A stretch of 64,000 bases of DNA from an uncultured Planctomycetia bacterium. GTDB taxonomy: Bacteria; Omnitrophota; Gorgyraeia; B26-G9. The translations under genes were made by a program, and so were the position numbers. The notes under the pieces were generated by a model, which worked only from the letters and a program-made list of their open reading frames with translations, ran no database searches and was not told where the DNA came from. Where the stretch lies: NCBI GenBank assembly GCA_964437495.1, contig CAYTGV010000002.1, positions 87,582 through 151,581 on the forward strand. Direction: 5' to 3'. Shown in pieces: positions 39,936-50,621 of this stretch; position 1 is the stretch's first letter; every line of letters begins with the position of its first letter.

Positions 39936-41252
39936 TTAATCGCCTAAAGAAAACATCAACACTGCTTCAGCCACTACCTTATTTTCGACCATAGCCCGTC
40001 CATATGCCTGTCCAACTTTAGATCTAAGCTTAAGTACAGACACTTCAAAACGAAGCTGGTCTCCAGGTAATACCATTCGCCTGAATTTAACTTTATCGAT
40101 ACTCATAAAATAAGCACGCTTGCCTAAATTATCACGTTTACTTAGAAGTAACACACCGACAACCTGTGCCATTGCCTCTACGATCAATACTCCCGGCATT
40201 ACTGGGCTCCCGGGGAAATGCCCTTGAAAAAATTGCTCATTTATAGTTACATTTTTAATCCCAACTGCATATTTATCCTCTTTGATTTCCAGTATTCTGT
40301 CTACCAGTAAAAATGGATAACGATGCGGCAGGATTCTTTTTATCTCATTAATATCAAGCGGTGCAATATTGCTAATCCCCTCTGAGCTGACACTAATACT
40401 TGCCTGAGTCTGTCTATCATGTAAATGTTTAATCTTTTTCAATAGCTTGATATTCAAAGGATGACCGCTTTTTATGCCGATAACATGTCCTTTTAACGGA
40501 TGGCCTAATAGGTACAAATCACCAATAAGATCGCAAATTTTATGCCGCACAAATTCATCTTCAAAGCGAAGTGTATTTTCAACTATACCATCTGCTCCGA
40601 CAACAACAGTATTTTCATAGTTTGCTCCCTTGCCTAAGCCTTGTCTGGTAAGCTCTTCGGCCTCCTCCTGAAGACAGAAAGTTCGACTTGGCGCCAGATC
40701 TTTTTCAAATACTTCCGGAGAGAACTCAAATGAAGCATATTGTGATTTAAGCAAGGAATTAGGATAACTCATTGTGTAAGAAATACGAAAATCATTAGCC
40801 GGAAGAATCATCAGAGAGCTATCACCTTCCTCCATATATAGAGGCTCTTTAGGCTGAAAATACTTTCTTGGTGAATTAAGCTCCTTTACCCCTGCCTTTT
40901 TTAACAGCTCCAGAAAAGGCAAAGCACTACCATCGAGACCAGGTAATTCCTCTGCATCCATCTCAATAGTAATATTATCTATACCAAATCCCATTAAAGC
41001 AGCCAATAAATGCTCAATAGTATGAATTTCTACATTTTGAATCCCAAGAGAGGTTCGGCGGGGTCTTTCAATAAGATTAGACATATGCGCTTTAATACAC
41101 GGCTTATTCTCAAGATCAGTTCTTACAAATTCAATACCCTGATTCTCTCCAGCAGGTTTATATTTAATATTAACTTTTTTACCTGTATGTAATCCTATGC
41201 CGCTAAGCCCTATAGAGTTACTAATTGTGCACTGATACTGGGGTTTAACCAT
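39936..41252 (-). CDS. lpxC/fabZ: Bifunctional UDP-3-O-acyl-GlcNAc deacetylase / 3-hydroxyacyl-ACP dehydratase (LpxC-FabZ fusion)
   Basis: 438-aa ORF. The N-terminal ~290 aa are the LpxC fold (zinc ligands, '[10 protein letters not shown]'). The C-terminal ~145 aa are FabZ ('[15 protein letters not shown]', hotdog fold). Confidence 0.85.
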   Translation of the reverse strand: MVKPQYQCTISNSIGLSGIGLHTGKKVNIKYKPAGENQGIEFVRTDLENKPCIKAHMSNLIERPRRTSLGIQNVEIHTIEHLLAALMGFGIDNITIEMDAEELPGLDGSALPFLELLKKAGVKELNSPRKYFQPKEPLYMEEGDSSLMILPANDFRISYTMSYPNSLLKSQYASFEFSPEVFEKDLAPSRTFCLQEEAEELTRQGLGKGANYENTVVVGADGIVENTLRFEDEFVRHKICDLIGDLYLLGHPLKGHVIGIKSGHPLNIKLLKKIKHLHDRQTQASISVSSEGISNIAPLDINEIKRILPHRYPFLLVDRILEIKEDKYAVGIKNVTINEQFFQGHFPGSPVMPGVLIVEAMAQVVGVLLLSKRDNLGKRAYFMSIDKVKFRRMVLPGDQLRFEVSVLKLRSKVGQAYGRAMVENKVVAEAVLMFSLGD

Positions 41253-42288
41253 TTTTTTCCTTTAAAGCATTCTCCAAAACAGTAATTTTTTCTTCTAATT
41301 TATTTACTAACTTGTATAAATCAGGAAGTTTTTGAACGCAAGCATTGATTCTTTTAGCCTTCTTATGCGGTTTGGCTGGATAACCGGAAACACATGTATT
41401 TTCAGGGACCGATTTTGTAACCCCGGCCTGAGCAGCTACCACAGCATTATCACCAATGCTAATATGGCCAATAATCCCGGTTTGTCCTGCCAAGGTAACG
41501 TTTTTCCCAATAATTGTGCTGCCGGATATACCTGTTTGAGCCACAATTATTGAATTCTCCCCGATCACAACATTATGCGCTATCTGAACCAGATTATCGA
41601 TCTTAGTCCCATGTTTTATCAATGTTTTATCAAAACGAGCCCTATCAATAGTTACATTAGAACCGATCTCCACATCATCTTCAATAATCACATTACCAAT
41701 CTGCGGTATTTTATGATGAAATCCTTTTACTGTTGCAAAACCAAATCCATCGCTTCCGACAACAGTTCCGCTATGAACAATAACCCTGTCACCAATAATA
41801 ACCTTTTCTCTGATCGTTACAAGCGAATAGATAATAGTATCTTTACCTATTTTAGTATTATTGCCAATAAAACATCCTGATCCTATAACAGTATTCTCGC
41901 CTATATCTGAATTATCTTCAATAACTACATATGGTTGAATAGAAATATTCTTGCCAAAATTAACATTCTTTCCGACAACAGCTGTAGGATGTATTCCTAC
42001 ATAGCGAACGGTATCGTTAGGAAAAACTAATGATAGTAATTTTGCAAATGCAAGCGATGGGTTCTCAGCTAAAATAAGCGGCTTAGGTGCCTTTTTAACA
42101 TCAGGGCTTGTAATAATCGCTGAAGCATTGGTATGATCCATCAAGGAAACATACTTAGGATTAGCAACAAAAGTTATATCTCCCTGCTTTGCCTCTTTTA
42201 TGCCGCATACCCCGTAAATCTCGACATTCTCATCGCCAACTACTGAACCACCAATAAGTTGAGCTATTTCCTTCAAAGTCTTTTTCAT
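41245..42288 (-). CDS. lpxD: UDP-3-O-acylglucosamine N-acyltransferase
   Basis: 347-aa ORF with an N-terminal uridine-binding domain and long hexapeptide-repeat beta-helix. Confidence 0.85.
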   Translation of the reverse strand: MKKTLKEIAQLIGGSVVGDENVEIYGVCGIKEAKQGDITFVANPKYVSLMDHTNASAIITSPDVKKAPKPLILAENPSLAFAKLLSLVFPNDTVRYVGIHPTAVVGKNVNFGKNISIQPYVVIEDNSDIGENTVIGSGCFIGNNTKIGKDTIIYSLVTIREKVIIGDRVIVHSGTVVGSDGFGFATVKGFHHKIPQIGNVIIEDDVEIGSNVTIDRARFDKTLIKHGTKIDNLVQIAHNVVIGENSIIVAQTGISGSTIIGKNVTLAGQTGIIGHISIGDNAVVAAQAGVTKSVPENTCVSGYPAKPHKKAKRINACVQKLPDLYKLVNKLEEKITVLENALKEKNG

Positions 42289-42306
42289 TGCTTTTCCTTT
42301 TTACTT

Positions 42307-42789
42307 CTATTTTTTGTAGCGCTTATTAAGTATTTCAGAAACCTCATCGGTCAAATCCATTTCCTTGGGGCCGTCCAAAATTAGTCTGTCATCAATAATG
42401 TAGGTTAATTTTTTCTTCTTCCGCAGTTCCATGGAAACATTTTCAATATCCTTTAATATCTCTCTGAGTATCCGATCCTCATCTTTGCGAACCTCAAATG
42501 TACGCTTACGTATTTCTTCCTGCTTTGCAAGCATCTGATTCTTTCTCTCTTCCTGCGCCGCTGGGCTAAGAGTATCAAAACCCTCTTTGAGCTTGTTGAT
42601 TTCCTCAATAACTTTCTTAATACCTTCTTTTACTTTATCAATCTCTTTATTAGAATCTGCAACTTTATTATAATCCTCAAAGATTTTACCCAGAGTAACA
42701 TATCCTATCTTAGAAGTTCCCGCAAAAGCAATATTCTGAACTGCTAGAATTGATATCAACAAAACCACCAAAAATGTCAACTTTTTCAT
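42307..42789 (-). CDS. skp: Periplasmic chaperone Skp/OmpH
   Basis: 160-aa ORF with a signal peptide and a coiled-coil OmpH-like domain. It sits between bamA and lpxD, the conserved context. Confidence 0.75.
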   Translation of the reverse strand: MKKLTFLVVLLISILAVQNIAFAGTSKIGYVTLGKIFEDYNKVADSNKEIDKVKEGIKKVIEEINKLKEGFDTLSPAAQEERKNQMLAKQEEIRKRTFEVRKDEDRILREILKDIENVSMELRKKKKLTYIIDDRLILDGPKEMDLTDEVSEILNKRYKK

Positions 42790-42884
42790 ATTTCCCTCCT
42801 CATGGGTTAATTATTTGTTTTATTGTACCACACAGCAAAAATTTGTCAATCGTATTATCCTAAGCATTAAATCTTGGATTCAAG

Positions 42885-45161
42885 CTAAAATTGCTGACTC
42901 ATGGAAAAATGGAATCTACCTGCATTATCCCCTTCTTTGGGGTCCAAGGCATATCCATAATCAAGTTTTATAGGTCCCAGAGGTGTTTTAACACGAATCC
43001 CAGTTCCAATACTAGATCTTAGTTTCAAATTACCCCAGACAAAATCTCCATGGGTTGCCCAAACATTTCCATTATCGTAAAAGAATGCCCATTTCAGACC
43101 AGGACTAATCTGATAAATGTATTCAGCATTAAATAGCCCCCTTAGCCTGCCGCCGATAGGGTCCCCAAACTCACCTTCAGGGCCAACTCGCCTTTCTTTA
43201 TATCCCCTGATTGTATTTGCCCCACCTGCATAAAAACGCTCATAAACAGGAACATATACTGAATCATCAAATGCCTCTACCATTCCCAGTCGCAGGCCCA
43301 ACTCAAGAACTGCCTTTTGCCCTATAGGGAAATAATTATAATTTGAGGTTTCATATTTTATGAAATCCTTGTCTCCTTCAAGCATCCCTCCGGCATATTC
43401 GCAAGAAAGTATATTATACAAACCAGTTGTAGGATTAAACCTATTGTCACGAGAATCATGGATAAGAGACGTCTGCAAGCTGCTGATGAAATTCTTTCCC
43501 TCTTCTCTTGCTACATCAATACTTGTATCTGTCTGCATATCACCAATACGAACGCCTTCATAGCGATAAGTTAATCGTCCTCTCCAATATTCACCAAATT
43601 CACGGCCAACAAAAATATTTCCTCCTGTACGCTTTTCATCATATTTATCCCAATACCTTGAACGGCTATACACACTAAATCCTGTGCTTACAGGATATCC
43701 TAAAAACCAGGGCTCCATAAAACTAAGCTCATAATCTTTTCTCTCCGAACCAATTTCCATATTTATCCCAAGAGTCTGACCCGCACCGGAAAATCCGGGG
43801 AAGTTAAAAAGATCAAAATTTTTCTGCGTAAGATTGACGAATCCTATAAACTGGTCAATTGAGCTGTATCCTGCTCCAAAACTAAACTCTCCTGTTTTAC
43901 TTTCCTTCACAAAAACATCAAGATCATATTTATCCGGCAGAGTTGTCGGCTCTTCCTTTGTATCAAAGCTTACTTCTTCAAAAAACCCTAGATTCTGGAT
44001 TCGCTGTCGGCTTCTTCTTAATTTATCTCCATTATATCTATCCCCAGGAAACAGTCTCATCTCTCTTCGCAGGACAACATCCTTTGTCCGAGTATTTCCG
44101 CTGAGGTTAATCTTATCCACATATGCGATCTCGCCTTCGCTAACCCCATAACTAACATCAACATTTCCGGTCTCGGAATTAAGAACTGTATCAGCCTTTA
44201 CGGAAGCCGCTATATAACCTTCATCGAAATAATCGCTTTGTATTTTAGACGTATCTGCACGTAGTTTGGCCTCACTATAAACCTCTCCACCGGACAATTT
44301 AAATCCCTCTTTTAACTTCTCTTTCGCAAAGACGCTATTTCCGTAAATATCTACATTACCCACTTTATATTGCTTACCCTCTTTAATTTCAAAAGTAATA
44401 AACATCCATGGCCTCTTATCATCATAGGTTATGTTTGTAGAAACCTGGGCATCGATAAAACCTTCAAATTGATAAAATCCCCTTATCCTATCCTCATCTT
44501 CAGACAAAACATCCTCTTTGAAAAACCCGGAATTAAACCATCCTTTTTTCTTTGTTTTAATCAGTTTAAAAAACTTTTTATCTCGATAAGAATCGCTTCC
44601 CTTAAAAATGATCTTTCTAATCCTGATACGTGCTCCTTCAAAAATGTCTATTATTATTACTACTTTATTATCTTTTTCCGTAATATCATATTTAATAACC
44701 GCTTGAGAATATCCTTTTTTAGCATAAAGCTTTTTTAAATTCTCCACATCCTCTTTTAACTTAAATTTATCAAATATTTCTTCCTTTTCAATCTTCATTT
44801 CATTGAAAAGCTTTTTGATTTTAATCCTGCGATTGCCCTTGATTTTTATTTCGGCAATAACTGGTTTTTCCTGCACCTTAAATACAACCTTTACCCCTGT
44901 ATCTAGATCCACAATATCAGCGCTAACATCGCTGAAAAGCCCGGTAGCATAAAGACGCTTTATATCATCACTTAAAGTAACCGCTGAATATTCCGTCTCT
45001 TTTTTGGTTTGAAGTTTAGAAAGAATGGTTTGCTGGGAGACAACTTTATTGTTTACAACTTCAATTTTAACAACTTTGCGCTCAGCCCCCTGTGCATAAA
45101 GAGATCCAGAAATCCCCATAATCAATATTGCGGTAAAAATCATTATATTTTTTATTTTCAT
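42885..45161 (-). CDS. bamA: Outer membrane protein assembly factor BamA (Omp85)
   Basis: 758-aa ORF with a signal peptide, POTRA repeats and a C-terminal Omp85 barrel ending in an aromatic residue. Confidence 0.85.
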   Translation of the reverse strand: MKIKNIMIFTAILIMGISGSLYAQGAERKVVKIEVVNNKVVSQQTILSKLQTKKETEYSAVTLSDDIKRLYATGLFSDVSADIVDLDTGVKVVFKVQEKPVIAEIKIKGNRRIKIKKLFNEMKIEKEEIFDKFKLKEDVENLKKLYAKKGYSQAVIKYDITEKDNKVVIIIDIFEGARIRIRKIIFKGSDSYRDKKFFKLIKTKKKGWFNSGFFKEDVLSEDEDRIRGFYQFEGFIDAQVSTNITYDDKRPWMFITFEIKEGKQYKVGNVDIYGNSVFAKEKLKEGFKLSGGEVYSEAKLRADTSKIQSDYFDEGYIAASVKADTVLNSETGNVDVSYGVSEGEIAYVDKINLSGNTRTKDVVLRREMRLFPGDRYNGDKLRRSRQRIQNLGFFEEVSFDTKEEPTTLPDKYDLDVFVKESKTGEFSFGAGYSSIDQFIGFVNLTQKNFDLFNFPGFSGAGQTLGINMEIGSERKDYELSFMEPWFLGYPVSTGFSVYSRSRYWDKYDEKRTGGNIFVGREFGEYWRGRLTYRYEGVRIGDMQTDTSIDVAREEGKNFISSLQTSLIHDSRDNRFNPTTGLYNILSCEYAGGMLEGDKDFIKYETSNYNYFPIGQKAVLELGLRLGMVEAFDDSVYVPVYERFYAGGANTIRGYKERRVGPEGEFGDPIGGRLRGLFNAEYIYQISPGLKWAFFYDNGNVWATHGDFVWGNLKLRSSIGTGIRVKTPLGPIKLDYGYALDPKEGDNAGRFHFSMSQQF

Positions 45162-45164
45162 AAA

Positions 45165-46550
45165 TCACTCTTCTCTTTGTGTACAACTTTCAAATCTGCT
45201 AAATTCTTTCAAGAAAGTTAATTTTTTAATACCAACCGGGCCATTTCTCTGTTTAGCTATATTAACATCCGCCAAGCCCCTGTTCTCCTCTGTCGGAGCA
45301 TAATATTCTTCTCTAAAAAGCAGCATTACCACATCGGCATCCTGTTCAATAGCACCTGAGTCTCTCAGATCAGAAAGCCTTGGCTTATAACCTTCACGTT
45401 GTTCTGTAGCACGTGAAAGCTGGCTTATGACCACAACCGGCACCTTTAATTCACGCGCCAATGCCTTCAGCGACCTGGAAATATCTGATATCTCCTGCTG
45501 CCTGCTTTCAGTTCTGTAACCCGCAGCCTGCATTAACTGCAAATAATCTATGATCAATAATCCGATATTATGCTGCGTTTTTAAACGACGTGCTTTTGCC
45601 CTTATTTCCAAAACATTCATCCCTGGTGTATCATCAATAAAAAGTGGGGCATGAGAAATCTTACCTGCGGCATTTACAAGTTTCCCCCAATGTTCTTGCG
45701 ATAAAAACCCCGTACGTACCGCCTGCATATCTACTCTGGCATGTGAGCAGAGTATTCTCTGCACCAGCGATTCCTTAGACATTTCAAGGCTAAAAATTGC
45801 CGTAGGAATTTTCTCAATAACTGAAGCATGTTCAGCAAATCCACACATAAGGGCGCTTTTTCCCATTGATGGGCGTCCAGCAACAATAATAAGGTCAGCT
45901 GGCTGCAACCCTGCTGTCATCTCATCTATGTCCTGAAATCCAGTAGGAATACCCGTTACCTGTGTTTTTCTCTGGTATAATTTTTCAATTGTTTCTATGC
46001 TATTCTTTATTAACTCTTTAATCGATATAAAGCCGCTTTTGATTTTAGATCCTGAGATTTCAAAAATTTCCTTTTCCGCTCTATCAAGCAGTGCATCCAC
46101 ATCCTGATCCGGCTCATATCCTTCGCTAACAATCTTGGTTGCCGTAGAAATCAGATCCCGTAATACAGCTTTTTCTTTCACAATTTTGGCGTGATGTAAA
46201 ACAGCGCCTGAAGTAGGGACAACATTGACAAGTTCTGTTATATAGCTGGCTCCCCCTACCCGCTCTAAATTAGCATTCTTTCGCAGCTGCTCAGTTAATG
46301 TAATCAAGTCAACTGGCTTACTTTCATTATAAAGACATAGAATTGCCGCAAATATTTTTCTATGACTATCTTTATAAAAAGAATTTTCATCCACTAAATC
46401 AACAATATCAGAAATAGCCTCTTCGTCCAGCAATATCGAACCAAGCACAGCCATCTCTGCTTCAATGTTTTGCGGAGGCACCTTGTCCATTAAAGTTGAT
46501 TCTAATGGCCGCGATGTTTCCCTATTTCTATTTATTCTTTTACCACCCAT
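45165..46550 (-). CDS. dnaB: Replicative DNA helicase
   Basis: 461-aa ORF with the DnaB N-terminal domain, Walker A 'GRPSMGKSALM' and the RecA-like fold. Confidence 0.9.
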   Translation of the reverse strand: MGGKRINRNRETSRPLESTLMDKVPPQNIEAEMAVLGSILLDEEAISDIVDLVDENSFYKDSHRKIFAAILCLYNESKPVDLITLTEQLRKNANLERVGGASYITELVNVVPTSGAVLHHAKIVKEKAVLRDLISTATKIVSEGYEPDQDVDALLDRAEKEIFEISGSKIKSGFISIKELIKNSIETIEKLYQRKTQVTGIPTGFQDIDEMTAGLQPADLIIVAGRPSMGKSALMCGFAEHASVIEKIPTAIFSLEMSKESLVQRILCSHARVDMQAVRTGFLSQEHWGKLVNAAGKISHAPLFIDDTPGMNVLEIRAKARRLKTQHNIGLLIIDYLQLMQAAGYRTESRQQEISDISRSLKALARELKVPVVVISQLSRATEQREGYKPRLSDLRDSGAIEQDADVVMLLFREEYYAPTEENRGLADVNIAKQRNGPVGIKKLTFLKEFSRFESCTQREE

Positions 46551-46972
46551 ACTTTAACCTGCTGTTTAACTTCTGGATGCAATTTAACGAAAACCTGATA
46601 TACGCCTAAAGCCTTAATCGGTTCTTCTAATAAAATATCCCTTTTATCTATCTGTACACCTTCAAGTTGCAATGCTTTAGCAATATCCGCATTTGTTACC
46701 GCTCCATAAAGCTGATCATCTTTCGCCTGCATAACAATGGTGCATGATGCATGCTCAATCTTTTGAGCGATCTCTAATGCCTGTTGTTTTTCCTGGTCCT
46801 GTTTTTTTTGTGCAGCACGTTTATAATCTTCGAAAAGCTTAAGATTACGCTTATTTGCTTCCAATGCTTTCCCCTGGGGGATCAGACAATTACGGGCATA
46901 ACCAGATGCTACCTCAACAACATCACCTGTAACTCCCAGTTTATCTACTTTGACTTTCAATACTACTTTCAT
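46532..46972 (-). CDS. rplI: 50S ribosomal protein L9
   Basis: It contains 'MKVVLKVKVDKLGVTGDVVEVASGYARNCLIPQGKA'. The ORF track extends it to 47011; Met14 is the likely start. Confidence 0.85.
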   Translation of the reverse strand: MKVVLKVKVDKLGVTGDVVEVASGYARNCLIPQGKALEANKRNLKLFEDYKRAAQKKQDQEKQQALEIAQKIEHASCTIVMQAKDDQLYGAVTNADIAKALQLEGVQIDKRDILLEEPIKALGVYQVFVKLHPEVKQQVKVWVVKE

Positions 46973-47071
46973 TGCATTAACTCCTGTTTTTTCTGTGAAT
47001 ATAAAAGTCAAAAACGCTTAAAAAACTAATAGCCTTCGGCGCCTTTACTTCGTTTAGTATTAAATTTTTAT

Positions 47072-47344
47072 TTATTCAGCAGTATACGGTAATAACGCAA
47101 GATAGCGGGCTCTTTTAATCGCCTGAGCAAGTTTTCTTTGATGTTTTGCGCATGTTCCGCTAACTCTGGAAGGAACAATTTTTCCTCTTTCCGTGACAAA
47201 TTTTATCAATTTATTCACTTCTTTATAATCAACCATATCAACCTTATCTACACAAAAACGGCACACTCTTTTTTTAAAAAATCCTGGTTTCTTAAAATTC
47301 TTTTTAGGTTTCCTCGGTCCCTTGCTACTTACTTTAGTTTTCAT
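47072..47344 (-). CDS. rpsR: 30S ribosomal protein S18
   Basis: 90-aa ORF with the bS18 signature 'RFCVDK...[49 protein letters not shown]'. Confidence 0.9.
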   Translation of the reverse strand: MKTKVSSKGPRKPKKNFKKPGFFKKRVCRFCVDKVDMVDYKEVNKLIKFVTERGKIVPSRVSGTCAKHQRKLAQAIKRARYLALLPYTAE

Positions 47345-47381
47345 TTAGCTATCACTCCTCGTTAAATTTGAATAATCATTG

Positions 47382-47837
47382 TTAAAATGGAACTTGTTCA
47401 TCCTGTTTATTTTCCAAAGATAAATCATTAAGACCATCGAGTTCTGCAACCATATTATCTGCCGGGGGTTCGGCCGAAAAATCTTTTTTCTGCTGTTCAT
47501 TAGATTTTCCTTTACCCAAGAACTGTACATTCTGAGCAACAACCTCCATAGTATTGCGTTTAGTTCCGTCCTGTGCCTGCCAGGAACGACTTTGCAATCT
47601 ACCTTCTACGCATACAGATCTTCCTTTAAAAAGATACTCTCCACAGATTTGAGCCAATTTTGCCCAGCAAACTATACGGACATAACACACATCTTCTTTT
47701 TTTTCACCAGTAGTACTGTTAAAAACTCTGCCTATAGCAATACTAAAAGTAGTCACTGCTGTTCCGTTTGGAGCATACCGCAATTCAGGATCCCGGGTTA
47801 AATTGCCCATAAGTATAACTTTATTTAGATTAGCCAT
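47382..47837 (-). CDS. ssb: Single-stranded DNA-binding protein
   Basis: 151-aa ORF with an OB fold ('MANLNKVILMGNLTRDPELRY') and the acidic tail 'DEQVPF'. Confidence 0.9.
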   Translation of the reverse strand: MANLNKVILMGNLTRDPELRYAPNGTAVTTFSIAIGRVFNSTTGEKKEDVCYVRIVCWAKLAQICGEYLFKGRSVCVEGRLQSRSWQAQDGTKRNTMEVVAQNVQFLGKGKSNEQQKKDFSAEPPADNMVAELDGLNDLSLENKQDEQVPF

Positions 47838-47846
47838 TTTCCCTCC

Positions 47847-48134
47847 TTACGATTCTTTCCTGATGATTAATACCCTTAGTATTGAATCATTAAGTTTAAA
47901 AATACCCTCTATCTTTTTAACAGTTTCAGCTGCCAATTTAAAAAGCACCAGATAGTATGTCCCCTCGCTCTGCTTGTTTATCAGAAAGGTAAACTTCCGC
48001 TTGCCCCAGGTCTGGACATCTTCAACCTCTCCCTTGTGTTTGGTAATAACTTCTTTAATCTCATCAACCAGCTTTTCCTGCGCATCATTTTCCAGGTTAG
48101 GCCTAAAAATAAAAACTGCTTCATAATTATTCAT
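47847..48134 (-). CDS. rpsF: 30S ribosomal protein S6
   Basis: It begins 'MNNYEAVFIFRPNLEN...'. The ORF track start at 48161 is probably too far upstream. Confidence 0.85.
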   Translation of the reverse strand: MNNYEAVFIFRPNLENDAQEKLVDEIKEVITKHKGEVEDVQTWGKRKFTFLINKQSEGTYYLVLFKLAAETVKKIEGIFKLNDSILRVLIIRKES

Positions 48135-48717
48135 GATTAGAAATTTCCCTCCTTCTTTCATTGTGTCTGTTCATAGCAAAATCTATATCTTTAATAAACC
48201 AATCTAAAACAGCCTCTGCCGCCAATTCTACTGTTTCATTTTTCATTTTAACCTCTTCTTTTACCTTAAAGGCACTTAACACATACTTGGAAAGCTCTTT
48301 ATGCTCTTTTTGATTATCTATGCCAAAACGCAGGCGGCTAAAATCTTTTTTCCCAAGCGTTTCGATAATAGAACGCATTCCATTATGGCCTCCGGCACCG
48401 CCTTGTGATTTAAGCCTAATATCACCCAATTTTAAGCTGATATCATCATAAACTATTAAAATATCATCGAGTGTTACCTTGAAATAATCAGCGAAGCCTC
48501 TAACTGTATTTCCGCTTAGATTCATATAAGTCAAGGGTTTAACAAGAATAAATACTTTATTTTTATACTTGCCTTGAGCCCATCTAGAATTGAATTTGCG
48601 TTTATTAAATGTAGCCTTAAAAAACTCGGCTACTTTATCTAAAACCCAGAAACCAGCATTATGCTTGGTATTTTTATAACAGAAATCCGGGTTGCCTAGT
48701 CCAACAATTAGTTTCAT
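48127..48717 (-). CDS. pth: Peptidyl-tRNA hydrolase
   Basis: 196-aa ORF containing 'MKLIVGLGNPDFCYKNTKHNAGF' and 'HNGMRS'. Confidence 0.9.
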   Translation of the reverse strand: MKLIVGLGNPDFCYKNTKHNAGFWVLDKVAEFFKATFNKRKFNSRWAQGKYKNKVFILVKPLTYMNLSGNTVRGFADYFKVTLDDILIVYDDISLKLGDIRLKSQGGAGGHNGMRSIIETLGKKDFSRLRFGIDNQKEHKELSKYVLSAFKVKEEVKMKNETVELAAEAVLDWFIKDIDFAMNRHNERRREISNHE

Positions 48718-48785
48718 CTTAATTATCAGCTATTAATTTTCAGTTCCAAAAAATCATAAAATCTCTTAAACTGAAAATATTAAGT

Positions 48786-49448
48786 TCATTTTTTAGCTGA
48801 GTCTTCTCCTTCTTCTGTCTTACCCTTCTTTATGACTAAAGGTTCATCAGATTCCTCTACTTCTTTTATTTCTTCCTCTTTTTCTGCTGCTTCAAATTTA
48901 ACCAAAATTACTACTTGCTCTGGATCATTGATTATTTTATAATCTCCATCAATTGATAACCCTTTAACATGTATCACATCACCAATTTTCATATTTGACA
49001 CATCCACGACAATTTCCTTTGGAATATTAGTAGGCAAACTTTCGACTTCGACTTCTCTTAAGACATGCTCAAGATTTCCACCTTCTTTAACCCCAGGGGC
49101 ATCTGCGTCGCCTTTGGTCTTAACAGAAATATGCACACAGATCTTTTCATCAAGCTTGATCTTCTGGAAATCGATATGAATAACCCTTGATTTTACTGTA
49201 TCATATTGTATTTCCTTTATGATTACCGGATTATCATTATCAACTCCTTCTGCCTTTAGGCCGACAATGGCCGTTTCCCCATACTTATGCAGAAATTTAA
49301 TAAACTCTCTAGAATCAACACTTACCTGTTTCGGCGCATCATGCTTAGCATAAATCACTGCAGGAACAATGCCCTTAGCTCTCAATTTCTTGGCTGCAGA
49401 TGTGCCTATTTCTTGCCTTGCTTTTACATTTAATATTGCTTTTTCCAC
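48786..49448 (-). CDS. rplY: 50S ribosomal protein L25 / general stress protein Ctc, with acidic C-terminal extension
   Basis: 220-aa ORF with an N-terminal L25 domain ('LNVKARQEIGTSAAKKLRAKGIVPAVIY') and a C-terminal Ctc-type extension. Confidence 0.85.
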   Translation of the reverse strand: MEKAILNVKARQEIGTSAAKKLRAKGIVPAVIYAKHDAPKQVSVDSREFIKFLHKYGETAIVGLKAEGVDNDNPVIIKEIQYDTVKSRVIHIDFQKIKLDEKICVHISVKTKGDADAPGVKEGGNLEHVLREVEVESLPTNIPKEIVVDVSNMKIGDVIHVKGLSIDGDYKIINDPEQVVILVKFEAAEKEEEIKEVEESDEPLVIKKGKTEEGEDSAKK

Positions 49449-49633
49449 TTATTTTCCTCCGTCAATGAGTGCATAGTTCATGGAGACATATCCGACATAA
49501 ATTATATGCGCCGATTGAATCTAGCCCTTTTTTATTTCGAGCTTTTTACATCTTGGTTTAATTAACGCTTACTAATCACTAAAAACTTATTTGAAATATC
49601 TAACCCGCCAAAAAGGCGGGATATAATTCATAA

Positions 49634-50581
49634 TTATACAAACAAAGAACTCACTGATTCTTCGTTATGAATACGTTTTATGGCCTCGCCTAAGAGATTG
49701 GCCACACTCAACACCTTTATCTTTGGATTTCTCATCCCGTCATTGACCGGGATAGTATCTGTAACAACTATCTCTTTTAAAGCACTCTTCTCAATCCGCT
49801 CTAGAGCAGGACCAGAAAAAATTCCATGGGTAACTCCTGCATAAACAGCCTTTGCGCCTCTTTCTTTTAAAATATTTGCCGCCTCAGTTATAGATCCCGC
49901 AGTTGCGCACATATCATCTATTAAGATTACTTTTTTGCCTTTTACTTCTCCCAGAACATTCATTACTTCGGCATTAAGTCCATCGATACGTCTTTTATCA
50001 ACTATACCTAAAGGTGCCTCAAGCCGCTTAGCAAATGCTCTTGCCATTTTCACCCCACCTACATCCGGCGAGAATACTACCAGGTCATCACCGGCAAATT
50101 TTTTAAAATGCTCAATTAAAACCGGTGCCGCAAACAAATGATCTACTGGAATATCAAAAAATCCCTGAATCTGCCCAGCATGCAAATCCATTGTTAAAAT
50201 TCTGCTTGCTCCAGCATTTGCTAATAAATTTGCCACAAGTTTTGCCGTAATCGGCACTCTCGGCTGATCCTTTCTGTCCTGCCTGGCATATCCGTAATAA
50301 GGAATAACCGCAGTAATCCGTCCAGCTGAAGACCTGCGCAAGGCATCCATAAGAATAAGTAATTCCATTAAGTTGTCATTTGTCGGAGGACAAGTAGGCT
50401 GGATTACAAAAACATCCTTGCCTCTAACATTCTGGTTCACTTTTATCTGAATCTCCCCCTCACTAAAACGTCCTACTGAGGCATCACCCAAAGGAATACC
50501 TAAACTTTTGCATATATCCTGAGAAAGATTAGGATTTGCATTTCCACTAAAAATCATTACTTTTTCCTGCATAGTTATCAA
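49634..50581 (-). CDS. prs: Ribose-phosphate pyrophosphokinase
   Basis: 315-aa ORF with the PRPP synthetase motifs '[18 protein letters not shown]' and '[12 protein letters not shown]'. Confidence 0.9.
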   Translation of the reverse strand: MITMQEKVMIFSGNANPNLSQDICKSLGIPLGDASVGRFSEGEIQIKVNQNVRGKDVFVIQPTCPPTNDNLMELLILMDALRRSSAGRITAVIPYYGYARQDRKDQPRVPITAKLVANLLANAGASRILTMDLHAGQIQGFFDIPVDHLFAAPVLIEHFKKFAGDDLVVFSPDVGGVKMARAFAKRLEAPLGIVDKRRIDGLNAEVMNVLGEVKGKKVILIDDMCATAGSITEAANILKERGAKAVYAGVTHGIFSGPALERIEKSALKEIVVTDTIPVNDGMRNPKIKVLSVANLLGEAIKRIHNEESVSSLFV

Positions 50582-50621
50582 CCTCTTAATTTTAATGTTT
50601 CGCTATTTATCGTTTTATTGC

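Noticed and set aside
46532-47011. Long N-terminal extensions on rplI, rpsF, spoVG, hisG and the ROK kinase as given by the ORF track
   Set aside because: Family-typical N-termini (MKVVLK..., MNNYEAVF..., MEISEVRV..., MERKIKIG..., MNQNRRK...) start at internal Met codons. The longer versions would overlap upstream genes, so shorter starts are preferred.
49603-49622. Hairpin 'CCCGCCaaaaagGCGGG' downstream of prs as a terminator
   Set aside because: The U/T-tract follows only weakly on the minus (coding) strand. It may be an attenuator or a processing stem. It is too uncertain to list as a feature.
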